From positions 24,740,001 through 24,804,000 of the forward strand of contig NC_058383.1 of assembly GCF_018350175.1 (NCBI RefSeq): DNA of 64,000 nucleotides, written 5' to 3'. Below are positions 30,101 through 39,800 of this stretch, in pieces; within the stretch, counting starts at the first letter, position 1; each line of letters starts with the position of its first letter. This DNA comes from Felis catus (lineage: Eukaryota). The notes below the pieces were generated by a model, which was given only the letters and a program-made list of their open reading frames with translations, did not search any database and was not told the origin of the DNA. Made by a program: the position numbers and the translations under genes.

Positions 30101-31545
30101 TCGGGTCATTTAAGTTCATCTCATACCTGGGTTTAGAAACATTGGAGTTGCCCAGAACTGCATACTTCAGCAATTCACATAACTGTTCATGTGTTACTTC
30201 ACAGTTTTCAGCAAATAAAATGGTAGATAAGCGGGCTTTCTGAAAAGATAAATCAGGGCATAACAAATGACTATTGGGAATAACAATAAAGCAAAGCAAA
30301 TTATTAAAACATTCTAGTTTCTGATTACTTTAGCATATATGCAAATGAGGGGTCTAATTGAAAATGAAGGTCTAAAACAACAACCTATGATAGGACATTA
30401 TTAATATAGTGTTTAAGAAACAATGATACAGAACCTTAATTATAGATACTTGGTTACATACTAGAGATAGTAGGATGAATAAAACAAGATTCATGCTCTC
30501 ATGTTCATTTTACTGAAGTAAAAGAAATGCAAAAATAGGTAATTCCAATGCAATGTGGTGCTATTATAAAGTATAGGAGTAAAAAAGGCTAACTGCCTTG
30601 GGGGTTAGAGAGTTTGGGGGATAGCTTCATGGAGATGAGAATACTGGGGCTGAGTCTTGGAAATAATTTGTCAGCCAGATAGGAGGGAACATTGTGTCTA
30701 AACATGTAGTTTTATTTGGCTGGAGCCAAGATGGCATGATGCAGAGCAGAGGAGATTTGAGAGTATACAGAAGAGGGAGCCAGATCATAGAAGTTCAATG
30801 TGGTCTACGGTAAAGAGTCTGACATTATTCTGGGGAAACAAGGAGTTCACTGAAGCTTCTCCCTCCTAAAATAGCTATGCACTTATATTTGGTTATTAAA
30901 GCAATTCATGCTTGTGAAAAGAGTCAGATAACTGAGAAAGGTAAATAAAGACAATAGGTAAAAGAAAATAAAAGTCATCTGTACTTACAGAAGTCAGAGA
31001 TAATTACCACTTTCATTTTGGTTTGGGAGGCAGCAGAGTAGACTGGTTAGGAGCTTAAGTCCCAGACTCCTACTACTTGAGTTCAAATACCAAGCTCTAC
31101 TATGTAGGACAAGTACCTTAACCTAAGACTCAGTTTCTTCATCTACAGAGCAATTATAATTCCACCTCATGAGATTTTGGGAAGATCAACGAGGTAGTAC
31201 AAATGCAATATAGTAAGACTGACATTATCATAAGTACTTAATAAACACCAGACATTATTATTGCTATTGTTCCCATGAGTTTTTAAAGATAATGTTGAGC
31301 ACCTATTAATTAGCCATTTAACAGTTCTGAGCACTTCACATCTATTAACTCATTTAATTCTTACAGGTCTTTTAAGTGGCTACTACTTTACCATCATTTT
31401 GCATAAAGAAATGAAGGAATGGGTAAGTGGTAGAACGAAGACTGGAAGACAGGCTCCAAAGCCAAAATCTTGATCTCTATACTATACTGCCCCTAAAGGA
31501 TTATACTATACATTCTGTTTGGTAACCAACTCCCCCCCAGCCAAA

Positions 31546-31604
<59 letters not shown>

Positions 31605-33332
31605 AATAAAAATTTGTATCTTTCCATAGCAGTTAAATATAACAAATACAAATTTTAATAGTCCATTCTCTAAATTTACCTCAACACCTAAAATTTATGT
31701 GAAAAAATTCATCATCGAGGACACTGTTTTTTGTAATAAATTATGAGCATTGTTTTAAAATTCCCTGTACACGTGGATAAATTCTCCAGATAAGCTCCTG
31801 ATCAAAATAAAACCTACAGTTGATCCTTCACACCTTTACACACAGGTTTAAATTGTGTGGATCCACTTATATGTGGATCACTTTTGGTAAATACAGAATA
31901 GTGCTGTAAATGTATATATATCCGTGTTATTTTCTAATTTGGATGGCTGCATTGTGGCTACGTAGGACTGTTTATAGGAAATACATACTAAAATATGGGC
32001 GGTGGTGATCATGAAGCATTGTTTGCAATTACTTTCAAATGCTGGCTGGGGATGTTTTTGGTACTGTTTTTGCAACTTTTAACTTTGAGAGTGTTTCAAA
32101 ATAAAAAGTGATGAGATTGTCTATTTCCTTAAACTTCTCACCACATTAACCCTTAAAAAGTTGTTCTGCCAATCTGATAGGCAAAAAAAGAAAAAAACAA
32201 AGAATCCCTTTTTAATAGATGTTTTTAACAAATGTTTTCATAGCACTAATTCCCTTTTAACATACTACAGGTATCCCTAGCTTTCTGAAACCTTGTGTTC
32301 TGCCACTTCCCTCTTAAAAAAAAGATCTGTATAATCACTGTACCTGTTTTCACTTTTATTTTCAGCATGTTTCACAACAAGCCGGTTACAGAAGCGGGCA
32401 CCCCTCGCAATTAAATTGGCACAGCCAAGCTCCTTCTCCAAGGACTACACTGAACAAGAAGCCCCCATAGCTTTGATCTGTGTCTGTGAGCATCTACACT
32501 TTATCTCTATTTTGTGTATTAGTTAGCAAGATCTGTCCTGAGATATCTGAAAGCTTAACAGAGGTTATTTAGGGGGTATGAAAATGCTTAATTTTTTTTT
32601 ATAAATAAATGCTTCTTCACTTTACACCATTTCAGCTTACATTTCACAGGAACGCTCTACTTTTGGATAGTGGGGGAAACCTGTATATAACTTCTATTTG
32701 TCTTTCCACTACAACTAAGGGGGAACCTTTATTTACTGATTCTCCAAGTATCTAGGGCAGTGCCCAGCATATGGCAGACAAGAGAAATCTGATGACTGAA
32801 GAGATGGGCCACATATATTTGGCTCTCAATAAATGGCAGGGATGATCATCAGCTTTGTTATGTCCCTACTGGTATGTAAGTTGTACGAGCGCAGGGAGTT
32901 TTGGTTTTCTGCACTGGGATACCCCCCAAACCTAGAACAATTTCTGGTACACAGAGCAAATTGTTGAGTGAAGTACTTGTTGGGTGAACATTCTTTTAGG
33001 GTTGCAGGCACCTTACTAGGTTTAAACCGCCAGTATCAGCCCTGAGGCAGGTGGTAATCCACTATCATTCCCATTTTACAGAAAGCCTAATGAGTGGGTG
33101 AGGGCGACCAGTGTCCAGGGAGGATTTGGGGCCCAGAAGGCGGCTGGGGAGGCTCCAGCCCCGGGACCGCCCACTCGGGCTCCCCGTTGCTCACCTTGGC
33201 CTCAGGCTGACTCTCCTCAAGTTCCCAACGGGCTCTCATCGCCTCAGCCGCCCCGACCAGCATGTTCGGGCCTCGCCTCCTCTTCCTGCCCTTCTTGAGG
33301 TGCCTCCCGGCCCTCTCCCTCTGGGGTTCCAT
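1..33332 (-). CDS. REXO5: RNA exonuclease 5 (DEDDh exonuclease + RRMs), multi-exon, 3' end outside window
   Basis: 17 exons join in frame with GT-AG boundaries: 33332-33195,30239-30127,28831-28705,27420-27324,24126-23983,19808-19720,18483-18368,17275-17137,16986-16892,15890-15788,14404-14301,13576-13456,4881-4777,4292-4155,1537-1445,577-361,130-<1. Motifs GLDCEM, GHSLGLDL, HDATEDA; matches recalled human REXO5. Confidence 0.97.
361..577 (-). CDS. REXO5: REXO5 coding exon 16 (VQRPVTELTL...KKYCFL), RRM region
   Basis: ORF track 326-577; AG at 578-579, GTAAGT donor at 355-360; 217 nt. Confidence 0.95.
835..1052 (-). mobile_element. Young feline CAN-SINE (SINEC_Fc)
   Basis: CpG-rich body; perfect 18-nt TSD atgaattccctgatttct (817-834, 1053-1070). 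Confidence 0.95.
1445..1537 (-). CDS. REXO5: REXO5 coding exon 15 (PHLCIQYEVLEAAQLAIESLDGILVESTCIK)
   Basis: CAG acceptor, GTAGG donor; 93 nt. Confidence 0.95.
2040..3520 (+). mobile_element. L1M(B)-like 3' end, interrupted by a CAN-SINE (2187-2378) and a MER2-type element
   Basis: Typical L1 3' motifs (atgtccatcaacagatgaatgga, atgctaagtgaaataagccaga). Confidence 0.8.
3057..3440 (+). mobile_element. MER2/MER2B-like Tigger-derived DNA transposon, 5'-truncated
   Basis: atacattccaaaacccccagtagatgcctgaaacc ... ggataaggaggtactactg|ta resembles the recalled MER2 consensus and its end. Confidence 0.7.
3715..3915 (-). mobile_element. CAN-SINE
   Basis: tRNA-derived head, (CT)n and A-tail on the minus strand. 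Confidence 0.9.
4155..4292 (-). CDS. REXO5: REXO5 coding exon 14 (MRSKWTEMSTVYAGPF...LETHQ), RRM start
   Basis: TAG acceptor, GTAATG donor; 138 nt. Confidence 0.95.
4777..4881 (-). CDS. REXO5: REXO5 coding exon 13 (VLEQARVEIPLFPFSIVQF...MNKR)
   Basis: CAG acceptor, GTAAGT donor; 105 nt. Confidence 0.95.
5600..9480 (+). mobile_element. Old L1 with 5'UTR, decayed ORF1 (~6600-7500) and ORF2 fragments, interrupted by younger insertions
   Basis: ORF1-like DNA (aaaacttcccaaatctg, agattatcagtggatttttcagcagaaa) and ORF2-like DNA (caatggaacagaatag, aaatggattaaa); subfamily not determined. Confidence 0.8.
8624..8745. repeat. (CA)n/(TA)n compound microsatellite
   Basis: Seen directly. Confidence 0.9.
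8753..9700 (+). mobile_element. Three CAN-SINEs (~8753-8952, 9004-9220, 9497-9700) inserted in L1
   Basis: ggggcacctgg heads, (CT)n, A-tails. Confidence 0.9.
9700..13150 (+). mobile_element. Ancient L1M (MC/MD-like) fragments
   Basis: A-rich decayed endonuclease-region and 3'UTR-like sequence; limits approximate. Confidence 0.6.
13456..13576 (-). CDS. REXO5: REXO5 coding exon 12 (VLECLDLMGQKLLFLTRE...NKE)
   Basis: CAG acceptor, GTGAGT donor; 121 nt. Confidence 0.95.
13640..13840. mobile_element. MER3/MER33-like hAT element (similar copies ~44950-45140 and ~54925-55130)
   Basis: gccactagcaacatgtggcta ... tggacag ends. Confidence 0.6.
14301..14404 (-). CDS. REXO5: REXO5 coding exon 11 (IAELNLEALASHQE...SNT)
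   Basis: AAG acceptor, GTAATA donor; 104 nt. Confidence 0.93.
15788..15890 (-). CDS. REXO5: REXO5 coding exon 10 (KDIQCPDRLGHDATEDA...GPRK), ExoIII motif
   Basis: CAG acceptor, GTTAGT donor; 103 nt. Confidence 0.95.
16892..16986 (-). CDS. REXO5: REXO5 coding exon 9 (MIHPYVIDTSLLY...AILG)
   Basis: CAG acceptor, GTAGG donor; 95 nt. Confidence 0.95.
17137..17275 (-). CDS. REXO5: REXO5 coding exon 8 (FSGITKKILNPV...GHSLGLDLRALK), ExoII motif
   Basis: AAG acceptor, GTGAGT donor; 139 nt. Confidence 0.95.
18368..18483 (-). CDS. REXO5: REXO5 coding exon 7 (CLTSKGRELTRISLV...LDYLT)
   Basis: CAG acceptor, GTATT donor; 116 nt. Confidence 0.95.
18820..19021 (-). mobile_element. CAN-SINE
   Basis: Consensus-like body ending cacccaggggcccc. 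Confidence 0.9.
19720..19808 (-). CDS. REXO5: REXO5 coding exon 6 (FPDCENF...LFGLDCEM), ExoI motif
   Basis: TAG acceptor, GTAAGT donor; 89 nt. Confidence 0.95.
20840..23030 (+). mobile_element. L1MB-like 3' region with nested SINEs and an L1_Carn 3' end (~21510-21625)
   Basis: L1 3' motifs flank several CAN-SINE insertions. Confidence 0.75.
21881..22104 (+). mobile_element. Young feline CAN-SINE
   Basis: TSD aaaaatgaaagta on both sides. Confidence 0.95.
23040..23907 (-). mobile_element. Two CAN-SINEs (~23040-23270, 23695-23907)
   Basis: Consensus-like bodies with short TSDs. Confidence 0.9.
23983..24126 (-). CDS. REXO5: REXO5 coding exon 5 (SLPSTSSK...NFPLQ)
   Basis: Poly-T/CAG acceptor, GTTGGT donor; 144 nt. 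Confidence 0.94.
25740..27743 (-). mobile_element. Four minus-strand CAN-SINEs (~25740-26004, 26456-26673, 27030-27270, 27540-27743)
   Basis: Consensus-like bodies; (GA)n expansion at ~27056-27100. Confidence 0.85.
27324..27420 (-). CDS. REXO5: REXO5 coding exon 4 (KFRLPPPSSNFLADII...VE)
   Basis: CAG acceptor, GTATGG donor; 97 nt. Confidence 0.95.
28705..28831 (-). CDS. REXO5: REXO5 coding exon 3 (WCQLFHQNQLNNVVVFVLQG...FTH)
   Basis: CAG acceptor, GTAAGT donor; 127 nt. Confidence 0.95.
29420..29825 (+). mobile_element. Probable solo ERV LTR (carnivore type)
   Basis: attaaaactgccac poly-A-signal region and ggttgcaaaccaata end resemble recalled carnivore LTRs; no clear TSD. Confidence 0.55.
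30127..30239 (-). CDS. REXO5: REXO5 coding exon 2 (KARLSTILFAENCEV...SKP)
   Basis: CAG acceptor, GTATGA donor; 113 nt. Confidence 0.95.
31543..31605. repeat. (AAAT)n tetranucleotide microsatellite
   Basis: Seen directly, about 15 units. Confidence 0.95.
31818..31965 (+). mobile_element. Tigger2/MER28-like 5' fragment
   Basis: ta|cagttgatcctt...tgtgtggatccacttatatgtggat resembles the recalled Tigger2 end. Confidence 0.6.
32268..32683. mobile_element. Non-autonomous TcMar/Tigger-like DNA transposon (416 bp)
   Basis: TA on both sides (32266-67, 32684-85); imperfect TIRs CAGGTATCCCTAGCTTTCTGAAA / rc CAGGTTTCCCCCACTATCCAAAA. Confidence 0.8.
33195..33332 (-). CDS. REXO5: REXO5 first coding exon (MEPQRERAG...QPEAK)
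   Basis: ATG at 33332, preceded by acceptor tttctccacag|actc (AG at 33337-33338); GTGAG donor; 138 nt. Confidence 0.93.
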
Positions 33333-33527
33333 GAGTCTGTGGAGAAAGATGTACGAGAGCTGAATAAACGCCGCCTCCTGACGGGGAAACAGCTGGGGCT
33401 TCGACAGCCTACCGCCTCCCTCAAATCCTCTCTTCAACTGCGTGTACGGAGACCTCCCAGACCTCCCTTAAAAGCAAGGCTGCCAACGTTCCTCCCCGTT
33501 CCACGGAGGAGAAAACTGCACCGAGAC

Positions 33528-33626
33528 CAACGGTTTTACCGTCCGCTCCAGAGGCAAGATTCTAAACGGTTGTCCAACGGCTCTACAACGGTTCCCCAAC
33601 GGCGCAAACAGCGCCTCCGCCCGTTG
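33528..33626. promoter_or_regulatory. Cluster of MYB-type (C)AACGG motifs
   Basis: AACGG at 33529, 33565, 33576, 33587, 33598 and reverse CCGTTG at 33621. Confidence 0.6.
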
Positions 33627-33738
33627 GAAAAGAGGAAAGTTACTGCCAAGAGCCTTCCCTGCCAAACCACTCCCCGCGCCCCCCCGAACCCCGCAAATGC
33701 CGAAGAGAAGCCGGGCAGAGAAAACAGGGCGCAGCTAC

Positions 33739-33830
33739 CTCCGCCTCAGTCGCAAATAGAACCGCAGCCCAGGCTGCCGCCTCAACCGCGCCAGGCTTTT
33801 GAACGGACCGGAAGTGGGAGTCTGACGACT
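33739..33830 (-). other. REXO5: Probable non-coding first exon of REXO5
   Basis: Minus-strand GAG|GTAGCT donor at 33738 within the CpG island; the acceptor just upstream of the ATG implies an upstream exon; 5' limit is a guess. Confidence 0.5.
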
Positions 33831-33835
33831 TCCGG
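33808..33835. promoter_or_regulatory. Inverted pair of ETS/GABPA sites (CCGGAAGTG, ACTTCCGG) flanking a TGACG half-CRE
   Basis: CCGGAAGTG 33808-33816; TGACG 33823-33827; ACTTCCGG 33828-33835. Confidence 0.7.
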
Positions 33836-33868
33836 CAGTTGGGCTGGGAGGAGAAAGGAGCGCGGAGA

Positions 33869-33891
33869 ATGGCTACCAAGAGGTTGGCGCG
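33869..33891 (+). CDS. ERI2: ERI2 exon 1 (MATKRLAR)
   Basis: ATGGCTACCAAGAGGTTGGCGCG|gtacgc. Confidence 0.9.
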
Positions 33892-36800
33892 GTACGCGAG
33901 GGGTTTGGGGGGCTCGGGGTGGCTCCTGGTCCGGCGCTGGGGACCGCGGTAGGGCTAGGCAATGGGCATCCGCGGTGTCAGGCTTCATGCTCTGTATCCC
34001 GGCGTCTCCGACCTGCCTTCTCTGGCCCGGACTGAAAGATCTCTGTCTGGACCTCGGTCTCGAGCCTCAGGCCGCCCTCTGCGCGAGGGTGGAAGGACCG
34101 GGTTCGCGACTGTGTGGCGTTGAGCCCGTGTCTGCCCATTCTAGACCTCGGGAAACGGGTTAAAGGTGACAGCGCCTGGTAGGCCATTCCGAGGTCTCAG
34201 ACAGCCCCCACTACACCTGTCAAGCGGTTCACCCTATCACTTCCTAGTGATACGTTTAATTCATAATGTGAATTAATTGTGGCCTTCTCCCTGATTCCCG
34301 GTCACGCTGTGCACATTTCCGATTTCTAGATGTACTGTAATAATGTATTAGAAGATAGCATGGGCTTCAGAGTTGGACGATCCTAGGTTCACACACCAAA
34401 TCTGTGTTCTTTGGCAAATCACCGAGTGTTTTCTTCTCCATAAAGTAGAGGTAGCAAAAGTGACTACCTCGTACCATTGTTGAGGATTGAGATCACCAGA
34501 GTTCAGTGCCTACTATCTAGTAAGCAATCAAATAAATATGAGCAATTATTCCCAGCTCTTTGCACTTCCATCACACCTCCTGTTTCATCTTTTTTTTCTT
34601 CCCCCATCACACCTCTTAAACTAAAAACTACAACAGGAAGTGTCTGCCTGGTTAAACTCTACCAATTGTCAGAGTGGTTTGTCTTAACATCTCACTAAGC
34701 CCAGCCCTTTCTGTGGACTCCAGTATTACCTTACAGTCTTTTACCATGAATGTCCAGTTTCGTTACGCAGGTATATTTTGATCTCCTAGAAGACTGGATC
34801 AGCCCAATCTCCTCAGAACTGTGCTTTGCACATAGCAAGGGCATGAAAAATGCAAAGGCAAAAATAAGTTTGTCAATGCGTCTTCTGCAATCAATCAAGT
34901 TCCTCAGTATTTACTGTAAAATAAGGGGAGCAGAAAGAATTAGTCTAAGTTTGCAAATATGAACTTTGAGGCTCATGCTGGTAAAATGACTACTAAAATC
35001 AAAAGAGGGTGACAGTCAGTATAAGAACCAAGGTCTTTTGCTCTCAAAGTCTAGTTCAATTTCCTCTAACATTGATACATTAATAATGAGGGTTATATCA
35101 TTAGTTTGTTAGCATTTTCAGACAGGAGCGTGAATGAGTTTGTTGAACATACTGGGTTGTTTTACATTTTTAGGCAGCTTGGATTAATTAGAAGAAAGTC
35201 AGTTGCACCAACAAATGGAAATGTAGGAAGAAGCAAATCCAGTAAGTAGTGTGCTTCATTTCTTTACATGTTGTATCCTTGCACTTTTAACGCCGGTAAA
35301 GCATAAGGATACCCTTTGTTTTTCAGAGCAGTTGTTTGACTATTTAATTGTCATTGATTTTGAATCAACATGTTGGAATGATGGGAAACGCCACCAGAGC
35401 CAAGAAATAAGTAAGTCTGGACTGCTAATGACCAAAGCTAGCCCTAGAGGAGTCACTTTAAAGTTTATAGATACAGGGGTACCTAGATGGCTCTCTTGAT
35501 TAAGTGTCAGGCTCTTGATTTTGGCTCAGATCGTGATCTCAGTTCATGGGTTCAAGCCCCATGTCAAGCACTGCACTGGCAGTGCAGAGCTTTTTTTGGA
35601 ATACTCTTTTCTTCCTTCTCTCTGCCCCTCCCCTGCTCACTCACGCTGTCTTCCTCAAAATAAATAATAAATAAACTTAAAAAAATAAAGTTTATAGAAT
35701 AAAATCAGTCAATAGTGTATTTTTCTTTTCAAATTTTTATTTAAATTCTAGTTAGTTAACATACAGTAAAATATTGGATTCAGGAGTGGAATTCAATGAT
35801 TCGTCACTTACATACAATACCCAGTGCTCATCCTAACAAGCGCTCTTTTAATACCCATCATCCATCTAGCCCGTCCCCCACCCACCTCCCTCCATCAACC
35901 CTCAGTTTGTTCTCTTTTAAGAGTCTTTTACGGTTTGCTTCCCTCTCTGTTTTTTTCTTTTTTCTTCCCTCTCCCATATATTTATCTATTTTGTTTCTAC
36001 ATTCCACCTACGAGTGAAATCATATGATATTTGTCTTTCTCTGACTGACTTATTTCACTCCATCCATGTCATGGCAAATGGCAAGATTTCATTCTTTTTG
36101 ATGGCTGAGTAATATGTCATTTCAACAGTTTAAAGAAAACAGTTTATGAATTGGTAGTTTACTATAAAACCTGACTTGACCAAAGAAGAGAACAAAAACC
36201 TAATATCTAAATGTATCATCATATAAAATGATTTTAGAATTCCATACAAAATTTCAGTTGTATAGAAACTGAAAAAAATACCTTTGCAAAAAGGAGTACA
36301 TTTCAACTTCCGTGTGGTCTTCTTATTTAATTGTGGTATTCAAGAGTTTTAAGTAGGTATACTCAAAACTTTAATATTCTGACTTATTCTTTGGCATAGT
36401 TTTATTATAACTGTTATATCACGCTGTTTAGGTCATTTTAATATGCTTTTACTGAAACGATGGTATATGATGCTATAAGCTATATATATATATATATAAT
36501 TTATGTATATAATGTATACAATACTGTATGATGGTACATTATGTTTAATTTAGAGTGATTACATCATTAATATAACAATTATACATTCCAGTGTCAATTG
36601 GTGATTCTTTCATATAGTTGAATTTCCAGCAGTATTGCTGAGCACATCAACTGGAGAGATTGAATCTGAGTTCCATACTTACGTTCAGCCTCAGGAACAT
36701 CCGATTCTTTCTGAGTTTTGCATGGAACTGACAGGCATAAAACAGGTATGCCCTACCCTTTTCCCTTTCTCTCTTCTCATCCTACCCCTCTCCCCCAGAA

Positions 36801-39800
36801 ACAAGTAAGTGTGATGCAAATATTAAAATTCATCAATCAGTTAAGGGTTGCCTGGGTGGCTCAGTTGGTTAAGCATCCAACTCTTGGTTTTGACTTAGGT
36901 CATAACCTCACTTTTCATGACATAGAGCCCCGTGTCTGGCTCTGTGCTGACAGTGTGGAGCCTGCTTGGGATTCTCTCTCTTCCTCTCTCTCTCTGCTCC
37001 TCCCCTGCTTACACTTTCTCTCTTTCTCTCTTAAAATATATAAACTTAAAAAAAAAACATAAAATTCAGTAATCAGTTTTAAAAAGAAAGGGAAAACTAT
37101 ATACCACTTGGAATTAGATTTATGCACTGTTAGGAGAAATAATGTTCCCTCTAGAACTCTGTCAGAATCTTTAAAAATGAAAAAGAATAGTATAAAAATG
37201 AATATCAAATTTATTTTATGGAAATTAAGTGACATCAAATTTCTGTCATTCAGGATTTAATTACTATATTTCTGTGTGATTTTAGGTAGAGCAACCTAAT
37301 TTTTCTTATCTTGCAGCATTCTAATCATTATATTCTCTTGCATGTGTTTTAATATCTTTTTCACTAAATAAACTCTTTGCCAGTCCAAACCTCTTCTTTT
37401 TTATATCCCCCTATAGTGCATAATTATGTGCTAATGATGTGTTCAGTAATTATAGAATTTTATTGTTGAATTCAAATTTTGTGGCTTTACTCAGGCTCAA
37501 GTTGATGAAGGAGTCCCTCTGAGGATATGCTTATCTCAGTTCTGTAAATGGATTCAGAAGATTCAGCAACAGAAGAAAATTATTTTTGCTACTGGGATTT
37601 CAGATCTGTCTAATTCCGAAGTAAAATTATGTGCATTTGTTACTTGGTCAGGTAAAAAATAAGTTAATATCTATAAATCATAAATGAGTAGGATTACTAC
37701 TATGTAATTCTTCATCTGTAGTAAGAATTATACTTGTTAACCATTTGGGACTCAAAAAGAAATCTAAGTGCCTAACAGATGTTAACCAAGGAAAGTAAGT
37801 TTATTCATATTTTTCAAATTACCATTCTGGGATATCTTAAAATTTTAAGACTTTAAGAATATTTTTAGATTTTTCCTCTCTGTTCTGGTTCCAGGCAAAG
37901 ATGATTTAGTGAAAACTCTTATGCTATTTTCTACAATCTTGAATAAAAAGAATCTTAATTCAACTCACATCCTTTGTTTTCACACTAGGAAAAAATGGGT
38001 TATTAAAGTAGATGTTTTGTATGCCTGTGATATAGCATTGCCATTAATAGGCATTGATAGCAATGCTGTGCCATTGATAGCATAGCATTGATAGTCATAT
38101 TTGGTTTTAGGTTTCTGTAAGATGTCTGGTTTCTCAGTTACATTAGTTTTTTCCTAGAATTTTAAAAACAGATAACCTTCTCCATGTAGGCCTTGTAACT
38201 TGACACCTTATTCTCTCTGAAATATTTAGTGTGTTTTTTGGGGTGTTTAAGAAATTATTTTGAAATTTAGTTACCAACTTAATTTCTTAATAGTAAATTA
38301 TGTAAAGTGAATAATTGTTAGATATTAACAGCAATGAAATTTTATTTTATATTATATAGTATATTGTTACAGCATACACATTATAGCTTATACACTATAT
38401 ATGGTACATATACTATAGAATATAGTATGTTTTGGTGGTATACTGTATATTATGTATATTATGTTTTTCTAGTGTATATGCTGCCGAAGCGAGCACTATA
38501 TTATGTTTTTATAAATTTTAGTATTTTATTTTATATCATCTTTCAACCTTTTATTTATAAATGTTGATAGCGTAAGTAAAAACTGCTTGGCATCTTTGAA
38601 TTTGTTCTATTTTAATATACTTAATGCAGACTGGGACTTGGGGGTTTGCCTGGAGTATGAGTGTAAAAGAAAACAGCTGTTAAAACCTGTGTTCTTAAAT
38701 TCTTGGATTGATCTCAGAGTAACTTATAAGGTAAGCGTCAAAGATGGGGGCATGTTCACTTTTCTTCTACTGAAAAAATGATGAAACTTCATCCCACGCA
38801 TGGCTATAGGTTACTATAAGCGAAATGTTTTCTTTTGAAACTTTTACATAAATACATTTTTTAAAGTCTGTAAAACAGCACAACATAATAAACACATTCC
38901 AAATCTAATAGAACTAAAAATTATGAAAAGTAAGTGGTTAATGTATAGACTTTCTAATAGTAACCTTTTTTGGATATGTCTTCTTTTATTTGATTAGATT
39001 TTCTATAGAAGAAAACCAAAAGGACTAAGTGGTGCCCTGCAGGAAGTGGGAATAGAATTCTTGGGAAGAGAACATTCTGGTTAGTATAAATTAAAAATAA
39101 TTTTATTATCTAAGTCATTTGATTTTTACAAAATCTTTCATATGAATCTCATGTTTTTGGTGATGTCATTAATAAAGAATATCCTTCAACCTAAAAAAAC
39201 CTCCTAATCTATACTATACCATTCAAATTATTTCTGACTTTCAAATTACTAGTATTGTAGGATAAAGACTGCCATCTAGTGGGTTAGTTGCTAAAAAGAA
39301 TGGAAATTAGCTAAACCAAATGGAGATTTAACAAATGCCCAGATAATACATTGAATTAGTGAAAAAACCAAACAAGATCATTAGATTACTCACAAAACAT
39401 GGCCCCTACAGAATGTTGCTTACAGTTTTGCGAACTGTAATAGATTTTTATCATCTTCTCTATAAATGTGTGTGATCTTGTCTTTTATTGGTACAGTTGC
39501 CACAGCTTTTTGCTAGTCTAATTTATCATGATTAAAATTAGTAGATGATCATAAATAGTATGCTCCAATTTAAATTGTGATTTCTTATTTTTGCTATACT
39601 TCTTTATGCTGGTACTACTAAATTCAGTGTTTGATATCTATTTACTCAGGGTTGGATGATTCTCGGAATACTGCCCTTCTTGCTTGGAAAATGATCAGGG
39701 ATGGTTGCTTAATGAAAATTACAAGGTCCTTGAACAAGGTTAGTGGTATCTTGCCTCTTTATTTTGTTATATCAAACTCCAGAAGTAATCATAGGTTCAT

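Larger units (their letters stand above)
33100..34200. promoter_or_regulatory. CpG island / bidirectional promoter of REXO5 and ERI2
   Basis: Only strongly GC- and CpG-rich non-repeat stretch in the window; divergent ATGs at 33332 (-) and 33869 (+). Confidence 0.9.

Noticed and set aside
33333..33437. N-terminal extension of the REXO5 ORF in the ORF track
   Set aside because: Non-ATG start and crosses a splice acceptor at 33337-33338; intronic
33565..33602. Periodic repeat-spacer pattern as CRISPR-like array
   Set aside because: 5-bp cores with 6-bp spacers in a mammalian promoter and no cas genes; better explained as TF sites
33111..34163. 350-aa plus-strand ORF across the promoter
   Set aside because: Non-ATG start, Arg/Pro/Gly-rich, no domain; expected stop-codon depletion in a CpG island; out of frame with the ERI2 ATG
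38030..38470. CATTGATAG repeats and AT-rich palindromes in ERI2 intron 5
   Set aside because: Low-complexity sequence; short stems expected by chance
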